A stretch of DNA of 64,000 nucleotides. Source: Octopus sinensis. Taxonomy: Eukaryota. The stretch lies in assembly GCF_006345805.1 (NCBI RefSeq), contig NC_043019.1, positions 7,191,360-7,255,359 of the forward strand, read 5' to 3'. Below, one piece after another: positions 12,946-27,230 of this stretch. The translations under genes and the position numbers were made by a program. Within the stretch, counting starts at the first letter, position 1. Each line of letters opens with the position of its first letter. Under the pieces are notes generated by a model that was not told where the DNA came from, made no database searches, and was given only the letters and a program-made list of their open reading frames with translations.

Positions 12946-13479
12946 TGTGTTATATATAGAGATTGTTTTAATGGAGAACGGTGATTAAAAACGTTTCGAT
13001 CCGGATTGCGCAACCATTCCAATAAATTAAAATTTTCTGAAATACACATATTAAGGTTACATATGTCTATGGAATACTCAGCCGCTAACAGGTTGACTCA
13101 ATAGGCAGGTAGTACAGTTAATGAAATACCTAAAAGCTCAACCACGAAATCGACGGAGGCTCATTTACTTACGTTTATTTTTATGGAATCTAGATATATG
13201 TAAAGATGCAAAGATTGACAGAAGCACAATTAAGAATCTTGATGGAGAAGTAAAACATTTATGAATCTACCTTCACCAAAATAGAACAATTCCTCTAAAG
13301 AATTTCGGAAAGAGAAAAGGTAAACCACACTCTAAAATCTTATAAATAAAAAGGCGCCGTTCCCTCTTGAGATTTGATTCCATTCTTTTAAAATAGATAT
13401 AGCATCCATTTTGCTGTATAGCTTTCGGGAGACAAAAATTCTAAATAAGGAACGAACGCACTTATACATACACATAAAT

Positions 13480-14535
<1,056 letters not shown>

Positions 14536-16719
14536 AGATAGAGAGGGAGTGTGTGAAAGGCTGATAGACAAACTCCTAACTAAGAAATACCACGCACAGA
14601 TTCACATATTTTAATACATAATCACACGCTAAACACGCACACAGGAACATATACACCGACACTCACACACACACACATTCTCATTCATACACAAGTACCA
14701 AAACCACAGAGAGTCGCTGAGAAAACAGTCATGCATGTTACACTCCTTTATACATCTTAGAAATACACATTCTACCCGTGTGTATATGTTGAGTTGTAAA
14801 TAGAAACGGTTTATCAATGTGTGTAATTAGCTTTTAAATGCGCACATTGAAGATATGTTATCCGAATACTTCAAGATTCCTGTAAGAATGTTGACTTGAT
14901 TTTTTTCCTGCTGAACAGGCAATCTCTATATTTAATTTGCCATGTAAGCTTTCTTATTACAGGAACGGACAGGAAAAGCCAAAACACCTGCTATATAAGA
15001 ATGGATAGGTACGCAACAAAAGCTATCTAGATGTGACAAGTTATGTTGTCTGTGTGGTATTTATATTCAAGCTGTGACCCTCCTCACATGAGGTGTAGCA
15101 AATAGTGAACACGATGTTATCCAACTTTATGAGACTTGAGATCGTGACAAGGATACAACTGTATAATCCGAGAGGGAAATCAGTGTTCATGGAACAGATT
15201 TTACGGGACTAGGTTGCCGAGACAAGAAGCCAGCTCCGAATTCTTGTAAGAGAGCAGACTCCCTTAACATTTCAGCATGTATACAAACCATACCCAGCAC
15301 AGAAATACCCTACTTGTTTTATATTCGAAAAGCGCAAGATCCAGACACTCACGCTCACCGAATATTGCTATTCTAAAAATCCGCAATCATATCACCAACA
15401 TCTGAAAGTTGTTAGATCAATTCAAGACCATACGAAGACATATTACATTTAAGAGAGTATCGTTAATGCTAAATGGGTTAAATTCTCCCTCAGCGCAAGG
15501 GACGAGTTTTAATCGAACCAATTATTGTGTCCTACATCGGCTTTGGTCACGGATGGAGCAGATTTGAACCCGGAATGCAAAGAGCCGGAAGAATTATCGC
15601 AAAGTATCCGAGCCGATAGTATTACAGTTTTACTAAATTAGCCAGATGTTAGGGCCCTCCCCGCACCAACAAGAAATGAATAAAAGCGAAGTTTACCTCG
15701 GCACGATTTGAAATCACAACACAAACCGTGCGGCCATAAAACACAAGGCATTTTATCATTGCTTCAACGATTCGGCCATTCTATCGCTTTGATTACCTGG
15801 AAGATAAACACGTAGATGCTACTGTCATATGGAGGGTTATACTCAACCACAATGCGAGAGTACATTGGTGGAATATTGCTGTTAATACATTTATATGTGC
15901 GAAGAATAGGCGAGGTCTTATGATCTGTGAGAAGAGAAAATGTTTTACAATAGCAAAATATCAGATGTCCAGCAGATGTTACCATAATGTAAATGATAAA
16001 AGAAAGAGTGAATTAATCAATGTCAACAACAACGACAACAACAATGTGTATTAGCTTTCACTTCGATAGGAGTGTTTTTTGCATTGCAGGAACAGGAAAT
16101 TGAAATGAAATAACTGATGCATGAAGCGATAGCGTTCTATGGAAAATATCTAGATGCGACGAGCAAAGCAGACTGTGGAATCAAGAAGGAAGATACGAGA
16201 CACAACAAAAAATATCTGTCTAAAAATTTCTCCGTGATTCTATCTGGCTATGAAGTATTATGTCACGACCACCACATAATATCATTCCGGAGATAAAAAT
16301 ATATGAATTTATAGCGATGTAGACAAGATAATCACTGCTTGTGTGAATGTTGTGATGCAGAGTAGTAAAAATGAATGCCATATCGGTTAGCATCGGAACA
16401 TTAAATCGCATTAAAAAAGAAAAAATGAAATAATAATCTGTCATATCAACTGGAACGGTGAGACATCGAGACAGACGCGTCAGTACTCCAAATAACTGAC
16501 CTTTTTCGAACAACTAATGTTCTGAAGACGATTCTTGCTGTCTCTGATATTTTACTAAGAATTGACGGTTCGAATCAAATTGCAAAAAAAAAAAAATAAT
16601 CCATATTGTACAAATAAAAAATAATAATAACAACAATAACAACAACAACAACAACAACAACACAACAACAATAATAATAATAATAATAATAATAGTGATG
16701 ATGATGATGATGATGACGG

Positions 16720-16771
<52 letters not shown>

Positions 16772-16864
16772 AATAATAATACTAATAACAACAATAATGA
16801 CAATAATAATGATAATAATAATGATAATAATAATAACAATAATGAAATAATAATAATAACACTA

Positions 16865-17035
16865 CCCCTTACTACTAAAAGCACACCGCCTGAAATTTTG
16901 GGGAAGGAGGGTTACATATTGATTGTATCGGCCCCAGTGTTTCACTGCTACTTAATTTATCGCCTCTGAAAGGGATGCGATGCAAACTCGATCATGAGGT
17001 CATTGCAAACCAGAGCATGAGATGAACGAAATATA
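16865..17035 (-). mobile_element. SINE family A, degenerate
   Basis: CTGAAATTTTGGGG tail and CCCCAGTG...TACTTAATTTATCG body in reverse orientation. Confidence 0.65.
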
Positions 17036-17076
17036 TATGTGTGTGCATATGTTTGTATGTATAGGTATGTAATTAT

Positions 17077-17453
17077 GTCAGGAGTGACTGTGTGGTAAGT
17101 AGCTTGCTAACCAACCACATGGCTCCGGGTTCAGTCCTACTGCGTGGCATCTTGGGCAAGTGTCTTCTGCTATAGCCCCTGGCCGACCAATGCCTTGTGA
17201 GTGGATTTGGTAGACGGAAACTGAAAGAAGCCTGTCGTATATATGTATATATATATATATATGTGTGTGTCTGTGTTTGTCCCCCTAGCATTGCTTGACA
17301 ACCGATGCTGGTGTGTTTACGTCCCCGTCACTTAGTGGTTCGGCAAAAAAAAAACCGATACAATAAGTACTGGGGTCGATTTACTCGACTAAAGGTGGTG
17401 CCCGAGCATGGCCGCAGTCAAATGACTTCAAACAAGTAAAAGAGTAAAAGAGT
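17077..17453 (+). mobile_element. Near full-length SINE family B
   Basis: tRNA-like head (TGTGTGGTAAG, GGGTTCAGTCC), CTTGGGCAAGTGTCTT core, internal (TA)(TG) tract, tail ATGGCCGCAGTCAAATGAC...(AAAGAGT)2. Confidence 0.92.
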
Positions 17454-18216
17454 ATATATATATAAATGTATGTATGATTGTATGAAAAAATTATATATAT
17501 ATTATTTACCATTTTTATTGCATTACCATGTGGATTCCTCATTCCATTACGATTACCCAGAAGGCGCGCATGGCAGAATTTTGGAGGGAAAATTTACGTT
17601 CCCAGTCGTTACTTAGTTTTAACATCTGCACACTTCCCCCCCCCCCACTATCTGATGTCGCTGGGTCAGAAGTGAGGGCCTGTGGCATTTGGTAAATCTA
17701 TCGAATATAGCGCCGATGAAGGAAATCAAACCACTTTTCTGAGTTTGTGATCCAGAAACATGTTCGTTATTAACGGTAAGTGACTATTTGCGTCTATTTG
17801 CTACTCCGGTTTTGTGTATGAGAGCCGCACGGGCCTTCGTTTTTGGAATCTCCACTTACAGAAGATGGAAAAAACAGTCTTTGACTGCCATTTCTAATTC
17901 CTTCGGTATGAGGCGAAGCAGCCTGCTGCTAGCCCTCTTATTTACTTTACTATATATATATGTTATATATCTATATATATATAGATATAAACGTATGTAT
18001 ATATGCATGTGTGTATACATGTGTGTCTGTGTGTGTGTATGTGTGCTTTTCTGTTTTTAAATATTTAGATTCTTCTTTTGAAGAAAAATATGTTTACTAA
18101 CAAAGATCCGTCGCTATAATATAGATACTGAAAACAATGTCACATTAAAGGCATTTGAAAAGTCTTTACTGTTCCCCTTACAAACTCTATTTGTATGCAT
18201 GTATGTATAAACATGT

Positions 18217-18269
<53 letters not shown>

Positions 18270-18580
18270 GCATACATATATACTTACATACATATACTTT
18301 AGGTATTTGTGCATTGCTTGTTCCACATACTAATCAGCGATGTTTCTTAGGGAAAAGCATCCTCTCTTTTCGTTTTCAGTGGCTAGCTTTACAAGATAAC
18401 AAGGAACGACGAAATTGCGCATACGACAAAATTTAGATAACACACTATTAAGAGATCCATTGTTTGGAAATATCATGCTTTCTCACCTGGTAAAAATCCA
18501 ACGTGTTCAGTTCTTAAAATGCACGTTTCGTTACTACGATAAAATGAAAATAAAAACAACCGCAGAAATGGCAACAACAT

Positions 18581-18633
<53 letters not shown>

Positions 18634-18704
18634 TAATAATAATTATAATTATAATAATAGTAATAATAATAAAAATATTAATAATAAAATAATAATAATA
18701 ATAA

Positions 18705-18735
<31 letters not shown>

Positions 18736-18826
18736 TAATAATAATAATAATAATAAATAATAATAATAACAATAATAATGATACGCTCGGTAGTGAAGTG
18801 AAAGCACGCTATAAAAAATAAAACTA

Positions 18827-18878
<52 letters not shown>

Positions 18879-19254
18879 TAATAATAATAATAATAATATT
18901 AATAATGATAATAAAAAAAAATAACAGCAACAACAATAAACTGTAATAGTAGCTTTCCTTCGTTTCCCGGTTTGCTTTCGATCTTGTCAATGTGTGCTTA
19001 CTTTCTCAGCAGTTATGGAAAAAGCTTAAAATTCTTTGGTTGCGAAAATATTCTGAAAGTGTGAAATGATAAACTGATTTCTTGGATACGGAAATATTCT
19101 TTTCACATAAACAGCAGATAGGCACGGTTCTGTTTCAAATACATTCTGGTGTATGTTGAGGGTTCTTTTAATCAGCGACCGTATGTTTCTGGTTTCGATT
19201 TCTTTTCTTTTTGATTTCATTCTAACCGATGAGGGAGCATCTATGTGGTCACTC

Positions 19255-19659
19255 TAACATTTGATATAACAACCAAATCTACCTCAAATAACCCAGTACT
19301 TGCGTGAAATTCAAGAAGACACATTACATATTAAAGTCCAAGATAGCCCTAACATGGTTATACTAAGAATAACTTTGGCAAAATTATCTATAAATTGCGC
19401 CAAAATACGTGTTTGGTATAACAGCCAAATCTACCTCATATAACCCACCACGTTCTTGAAAATAAAGATGACACATCAAATATTATAGTCCAAGATAACC
19501 CTAACATGGTTATACTAAGAATAACTTTGGCAAAATTATCTATAAATTGCGCCAAAATAAGTGTTTGGTATAACAGCCAAATCTACCTCATATAACCCAC
19601 CACGTTCTTGAAAATAAAGATGACACATCAAATATTATAGTCCAAGATAGTCCTAACAT
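19255..19659. repeat. 152-bp tandem repeat: two near-identical units (19349-19500, 19501-19652) plus a diverged partial unit
   Basis: CTAACAT unit starts at 19349, 19501 and 19653; the full units differ at only a few positions. Confidence 0.93.
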
Positions 19660-21489
19660 AAGTTGATGATGATGCTACGCATATATCTGATGAACGTAGC
19701 TATGAATCACCGTATTGTAAAGCAACAATAACTAAACAACAGCAACGATGTGTGTAGCAGATATACAAGACACTTAACCGGTTTAACTGCAGCTAATAAA
19801 TGTATATACAAATCATCCATTGCAGCTATTCTGAAAGCTTTTACGAGGTTTTCTGGCAACTGGGTTCCTTGGTTTGATATTACGAGTTTTCTGTTCACGA
19901 GGCTTCTTAATTTAAAGACTACAAATATCGAAATTCTCAATAAAACCTTTTAATGTCGTGGTTGCTGGTTCTGTTGCATTAAATAAACTCAAGACGCGTG
20001 GCAGTTTAATATTGGAAGCGATTCGATCCGGATTGATATGCTAACCGTCCAACCGATTCCGAAGGAACCAAAGTAGTATTGATTAGCACAAAACAAAACG
20101 ACATATGTTTGTTTGAATACTTCTTTTTAAACCATGAACAAGAATTAGATTCCGCGCCCTTTCAGAATGCATAACCTCTAAATTAAGGGCCAGTGATCTA
20201 TAGATGCTTTATAGTACTGTGTCCAAAGAATCCTTTCCCGTTTTAAGACGACAGTGTGCGATTTTATGGAGATACTTGTTGCTGATCAAACAACCGCTTT
20301 AAGGATTCACTACTTCACAAATGCCAGATATAAATACATTGCTGTTGTAGTTGTATTCGTTAAATCCTGATAAGTTCTTGCAGGGTACCTCTCTGCTCTG
20401 AAGTATTTTAGACATCACTATCTCATTTTTGAGTAACATGATATCTTCCTGTTCCTCCGACCATGTGTGGAACGCTGGAAATTATTTCCTCGGCCCATTG
20501 GGAAAATTATACTACAGTTAGGTGCAAATTGTCGTTGATTGCTTAACTTACTTTCATTCGAATAAAGAGTAATTGCATTCTATGGTACCCTCAGTCAATT
20601 CAAATGGAAGCTCGCCATTAAGATAATCCAGATACAATTCTTGTGAAAACATATACATGGTCGATCTACAGACACCAAATAGCGACCAAACCACCCCGAA
20701 ATCGAAGTCTCCAGTTTTATATAAGACACAAAAGATATAGAAGAATCATATACACTTAACAAAACGTGGTTGATTATTACTGAAATGTATTTAAACTGAA
20801 TATCACTCGCCTAGATTGAAGCTAGGGCTAAAAAACGTCGTCATTCGACAATATTAAATCACCACAAACACACACAGGGGACAAAGTGTTACGTAAAGCT
20901 GCACTGCGATTCTCACCACGCATTTACGCAAAATAATCCTTTACTGAGTTCAAGTGACACATTAATCCACCTGTATATTCCAATGACAAATTATTTCTCA
21001 GAAAAGAAATGAAATAGGTGTTTCTTTCTTTCACAGGATTTGAAAGGCGAAATCTTTCTTCATTGGATTTAGAAAGAAAGCTGCACCTTTGTAAGAAGTT
21101 AAGACCAGTGCAGTACCTGAATCGATTTAGAAGGTGATCTTCTTAGAAACTAATCTCTAAACAGAAAACAGTTCTTGTTCTGAAATATCTATACATCGTA
21201 CTGACTGACTATGAACGTACGAATTTAAAAACAACAAATATCAGAGGAAGAGGACAAAAGCGTATGTATAGTCATCTATGTATTTTATTTAATATACATA
21301 CACCGTTGATAGGCCAGTTACCGCGGGAGGCGTCCTGAGATACAATTTATTGTCAAGCTAAGCCGGATTCTAGAGTTTGTTCTGATTCAGTTGCTCCTTA
21401 TCATTCGTAATGGGGAAGCTATGCGAAACCCATCTGATATTCACGAATAACGTGGCCCAGAATATTTCAATAATATTCTTCAGCATTTA

Positions 21490-22100
21490 AGGATATATTT
21501 ATTTTTTAAGGCCCACAGGGGACTAAACATGGAGGGTACAAGCAAGGACAGACAAAGAGATTAAATCAAATACATCGACCCCAGTGCGTAACTGGTAATT
21601 AACTTAATCGACCCCAAAATGATGAAAGGCAAAGTCGACATCGGTGGAATTTGAACTCAGAACGTAACGGCAGACGAAATACCTATTTTTTACTACCCAC
21701 AAGGGGCTAAATACACAGAGGACAAACAAGGACAGACAAACGGATTCAGTCGATTATATTGAACCCCAGTGCGTAACTGGTACTTATTTAATCGACCCCG
21801 AAAGAATGAAAGGCAAAGTCGACCTCGGCGGAATTTGAACTCAGAACGTAACGGCAGACGAAATACCTATTTCTTTACTACTCACAAGGGGCTAAACGCA
21901 CAGAGGACAAACAAGGACAGACAAACGGATTCAGTCGATTATATTGACCCCCAGTGCGTAACTGGTACTTATTTAATCGAACCCGAAAGAATCAAAGGCA
22001 AAGTCGACCTCGGCGGAATTTGAACTCAGAACATAACGGCAGACGAAATACGGCTACGCATTTCGCCCGACGTGCTAACGTTTCTGCCAGCTCGCCGTCT
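21490..22100 (-). mobile_element. SINE family A trimer (one head, three tandem bodies of about 185 bp)
   Basis: CCCCAGTGCGTAACTGGTA and AAGGCAAAGTCGAC occur three times; the head GTTTCTGCCAGCTCGCCG occurs only once, at about 22080-22097. Confidence 0.92.
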
Positions 22101-22369
22101 TACTTTGTACAGAATATTGAGCTCACACAAAGAAGCAGAAAAGGGTGAAATATAAAGAGAGGCATTAATAAAACTTCGAAACACATATTCATGATGTACA
22201 AATACAAGAGAATTGCTTGTAACAAAAACTTAGTTGCTGTAAACTTCTACATATTTATAAATAAATATAGATTCATTTCCAGTCTTATGTATTTGTGTCC
22301 ATCTCTTTTTGTACATATATGTAGATACACACACTCTCATATATACATACACACATATATATATATATG

Positions 22370-22412
<43 letters not shown>

Positions 22413-22610
22413 AATATGGATGTATATATACGTATTTATACGTGTAAGATATCGATGAATATAGCTATACTTTTATTGCAAATTACGTAACGGTAGGTTA
22501 TGGATTTATACACATTTAAAAGAAAACACACATCATATATATGAGTGTGTATGTATATGTATATGTATATGTATATATATATATATAAATATATATATAC
22601 ATATATATAT

Positions 22611-22657
<47 letters not shown>

Positions 22658-22689
22658 CATATATATATGTATATATATTACATACATAC

Positions 22690-22724
<35 letters not shown>

Positions 22725-23008
22725 GGTAGATAGATAGATAGATAGATAGATAGATATAGATATAGATAAATGCAGAGAGAAGGAGAGCGAGAGAGAAAGA
22801 TAGAAATAGATAGGCAGATATGGGAATACATTTATATGTTCATTTAAATATGCATATATATATAAATACATACATAATACATATATACATACACACATAT
22901 ATAGATACATAATATTTACATACATGCATATGAACATTCATGAATACATACATACATACATACATACATACATACATACATACATACATACATACATACA
23001 TACATACA

Positions 23009-23039
<31 letters not shown>

Positions 23040-23510
23040 CGAGAATAGTAATAACATATTCTGCTTAAGCATTTCGGATAAATCAAACAGTCAGGACGAG
23101 CCGAGTAACTGAAGGAATCTGATATTAGGAAAGTCTGCCTTAGACGACGATCCTAATCGAAGAACAAGCGATTTTACAAACCACCCTCCTTCTTCATAGA
23201 GATCCTAATTGATTTATTATGTGGAAGCTTCATTTATTTGTTCATATATATTAATTTATTTTATAGCTTGGTTTTTGTATTCTTAGGTGGGTGGCGGTGG
23301 ATCTTAAAGAGACTTCACGATTCAGAAAGCAACGAATGAAAAATGACTGCTTTCCTAGTTTTGACTGACTGCATATCTTTACATGATCTCAAAGAAGCTT
23401 GGCTTCCTTTTAGTTTTTGTTACTAAAATGGATAATCGAGCACGTATCTTTGTGTGTTCATGTAGACGAAAAAGTGTGAGTATATATGTATGCACAAACA
23501 TATATACATA

Positions 23511-23589
<79 letters not shown>

Positions 23590-23597
23590 GTATATCG

Positions 23598-23641
<44 letters not shown>

Positions 23642-23942
23642 GTATATGCAAATATAATGTTTGTGTGCATGTATTGTGCTGTAGAAGCGCGAGTGTGTGG
23701 GCGTATGTATTTAAATGTTTTGTTATTATTTATTATGCAGACATTTTCAGGACAAGCTTTGATATTTTAGTCTCGCATAGTAGAGAGAGAGTTTGTTGTA
23801 TGTATATAGCTATATGTGTAAACACACACACGCACACACACAGATATATATATATATATATATAAAAGTTTATATAAGTATATATAAATATATATATAGT
23901 TACATGTATATAACTTTATATATGTATACATATATATATGCA

Positions 23943-23981
<39 letters not shown>

Positions 23982-24628
23982 CACACGAATATTCACATAT
24001 ACACATACATGCATATATATATATATATATATACATATATGTTTGTGTATATAAATTCTTAGCGGCAGTATGTCTGTGTCCGTAATCTAGAATAAAATGC
24101 TTGGAGAAATGTTACGGTGTATTGGTTTTCTCTCCCCACCCCCTCCTACCATCCCTCCCTCCTTCAGTCGCACTCGCTGTATAAATATATTTTCATGTAC
24201 ACGCGTTTGTATATTTACGCATGAGTAGTGATTCCCCACGTCACTTCCTTTTTGCTCTGCTTTTATACATGCTCGTAGAAGCCGGGATCCATGCTGTCAT
24301 ATATTAGGTAATTTCCACAGAAAAACACACACATAGACACACGCACACACCCATACACATACACACACATACACACATATATATATATATTTATAAGTAA
24401 GGCCAGGAAGGATAAATGATGTATATATTTATTTTACCACGTGAATTCAAATAGGATTATGGCGATACAACTGTAATCCTATAGAGGTCATGTTTTATTA
24501 ATTTCAGTGTGCAGGGAATTGTGCGTCCATGCTTGCATGAATATGTATGCTCAGCCTTATAATACAGTTGCATGTTCACAAATTAATGCAAACGGGTTTG
24601 TAAGAAATATGTACGTATGTTATTATTC

Positions 24629-24985
24629 AGTTTTATTTCAAGATTTCTTGCCAATAGCGAAAGATCCGGTTTCTAACTTAGATCCATGTCTCCATCATTG
24701 AAATTACATCAACAACAGGCTATTTTTGTAAATATGTATGTATATGGGCAGATTTGTATATCTTGTCTTACGTTTGTCTTCTCATGCATACACTTGCGTA
24801 TATAGACATGTTTTTTCGGTGATGGAGTAATGGGTTGGATCTGTGGTGTTCGGATTAGCTTTCTAATTCTATGGTTTTGTGAAGCCTAATTTCTCAAGGT
24901 AGGTATTTAGGCGACATGTATTTAGGTGTTACATAACCCAGGGCTCCGATAATTACAAGCACAAATCTGAACAGTTTCTCTGCGG
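24629..24985 (-). mobile_element. 3' end of an R4/Dong-like (restriction-like endonuclease) LINE with its 3' UTR
   Basis: Minus-strand LFRFVLVIIGALGYVT followed by LEKLGFTKP and KLIRTPQIQPI; the UTR recurs at 45279-45385. Confidence 0.65.
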
Positions 24986-25664
24986 TTTTCCCGTGGAGAA
25001 AATTATTATTGCTTGTAGTAAAATGTGTAAAACCAACGTATTTCATAAGAAAACAATTTTCTCTGCGGTAAACTGCAGTAAAATTGCCTCTAGAAGTTAA
25101 AATACACCACAAATATATTAGAATTAATCTAAAGATAGTTTATTTCTTATCAGTGCTTTGCTCATTCACCACTTTTACATTCCTTAGAAGGAAAATGACA
25201 ATTAATTTCGAAAATCAGGGCGTTACGTCTATAAGACACGAAAGCAACAATACTATTGTTATAGAAACATTTGAAATAACCCCAGCATTATCAAAACCAT
25301 AACAAATCGTGCATGTGTGAGAGAAAAGATGGGGAGTGCAGGGAAATTTGATCAGAAATTTCACGAACATTTTTACGTAGAACATAGCGTGTGATTTGAG
25401 TAAAAATTTCGCTGCATTTTCTAGCAGCTAGTATAAACATCCACATCCTTGATTTTGTTACTTACCAATTCTTGTAAATATTGATTTTATTCTCACTCCG
25501 TTTCGAGGGTATAGGCTTATTGTCAGCGCTATTTATAGCATGGCTCTTGTCCTCTTTGATTTACCTAAAACAATATCATATATTTTGTCTTTCTTTCTCT
25601 GACTGAAGTGTTAGTCAAAAAATGACTTATCTACAACTTCTAGTGAGGAATTCACTACAATAAC

Positions 25665-25850
25665 CCTTTCTGCTATAGCCACAAGGCCTTGAAATTTTGG
25701 GGTGAGGGGACTTATCGATTACATCGACCCCAGTGTTTCTCTGTTAATTATTTCATCGACCCCGAAAGAATGAAATGCAAAGCCGACCTCGGCGGAATTT
25801 TACCTCAGAACGTAGCGAGGGGCGAAATACCACAAACATTTCCTCGCCGC
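25665..25850 (-). mobile_element. SINE family A
   Basis: GGCCTTGAAATTTTGGGG tail; ATCGACCCCGAAAGAATGAAATGCAAAGCCGACCTCGGCGGAATTT body. Confidence 0.85.
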
Positions 25851-26464
25851 CTTAAATCCTCTATAATAACGCCAACCTTCAGAGCGTATACATACGATGT
25901 TTCAATCCAAACTAATCCATTATCTAATTGGAACAAGTGTATCTATCGGTGCAATGAGTTTTACTTTCAGAAGTCATTGGTTGGATTTGTGAAATTTAGC
26001 TGCTATTTCTAGTTGTAAGACGGTATAGGTGCCCACAATTCTGAGCATGTTTTAATGTATACTAATGCTGATAGTCAACGCCTCCAAGCAAACCATTTTT
26101 AAAGATATATATACTTAAAGGCTCTCCCACTGTGGCAATCCTACATTACTCTTAGGCATTGGATAACTATGAAAATATCCCTCCAAACATTTTTTTCTCA
26201 AAATATTAAGATGTAATTTGTGTGGATTTAAGTACTGCAAGTAGGATGGTGGATTTAGGAAACTCACTTTGCAGTTAAATGGCACCGATTCGATCCCACT
26301 GCGTGGAACTCAAACGCGTGTTTTCTACCATACTTTCTATATTTTAATAAATCCATCAGTGAAAAGTGGTCACTGGAGGAAGACACGCGTCTGTTCTCCG
26401 GAGCTAGACTTAAAATCTTCTTCCCCCATTCATCACCTGATATCTTTAGCAGAATTCATTTTCC

Positions 26465-26694
26465 TATTTCTCTACTATCCACAAGGGGCTAAACACAGAG
26501 AGGACAAACAAGGACAGACAAACGGATTAAGTCGATTACATCGACCCCAGTGCGTAACTGGTACTTAATTTATCGACCCCGAAAGGATAAAAGGCAAAGT
26601 CGACCTCGGCGGAATTTGAACTCAGAACGTAGCGGCGGATTAAATAACGCTAAGCATTTCGCCCGGAGTGCTAACGTTTCTGCCAGCTCGCCGC
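26465..26694 (-). mobile_element. Full-length SINE family A with a 21-bp target-site duplication
   Basis: CTTTAGCAGAATTCATTTTCC at 26444-26464 and 26695-26715. Confidence 0.95.
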
Positions 26695-26899
26695 CTTTAG
26701 CAGAATTCATTTTCCACTCACCAGGCCATCAGACTATGTCTCGAGATAGATTTGTCCACGTCTTTACCCGATCCGTTACGACTACCTGTGTTCCAGTTGA
26801 TCCGATCACCTGCTCATGAAATTAACGTCCACATGGCTGAGCATTACCATTAACTGTAATTCGCCAAGAGATTGAGCATGACACAGAATATGACAAGAC

Positions 26900-27230
26900 T
26901 GGCTCTTTGAAAAACAGGCACCAGGCATTTATGAGAACTGAATCGATGGAACAAGACGAAATAAAGGGCGTTGCTCGAAGACACAAAAGCGGCGCTACGA
27001 TTCGTTCCCATGAACCTACGATCGTCAGCTGTATACTCTAAACACAAGGTCACCTGCCTTCAACATCCACAACATAAGATCAGTTAGAGAAGCCATAAGA
27101 GGAATGCATACGTGGTGCTCATATTCTTCCTCCTAAGCCGTTAGAATATGGCTGGAGCGGTTCCTTATAGCGACATTTTGTCCATTGTACATTGTTCATT
27201 GTCTGTATCCGTTCCTGTTTTCCAAGAAAA
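26900..27230 (+). mobile_element. Possible Academ-like transposase C-terminal relic
   Basis: ALRFVP*TYDR, HLPSTS and ILPPKPLEYGW resemble recalled motifs ERFV..LYD, LPPTS and P.P..YGW; heavily decayed. Confidence 0.35.

Noticed and set aside
15110-15450. Two overlapping long, nearly open plus-strand frames
   Set aside because: No recognisable motif or convincing splice boundaries; left unresolved
17077-17150. tRNA genes at this and other A/B-box heads
   Set aside because: All continue into SINE bodies and lack a complete cloverleaf
19255-19659. CRISPR-like array
   Set aside because: Units repeat in full with no unique spacers, and the context is eukaryotic
21455-21485. Minus-strand CTGAAGA...GAAAT hammerhead-like motif
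   Set aside because: No stem II, stem III or NUH site; expected by chance in AT-rich DNA
25466-25564. Minus-strand exon with a strong GTAAGT donor
   Set aside because: All three frames contain stops from the best acceptor; could only be non-coding
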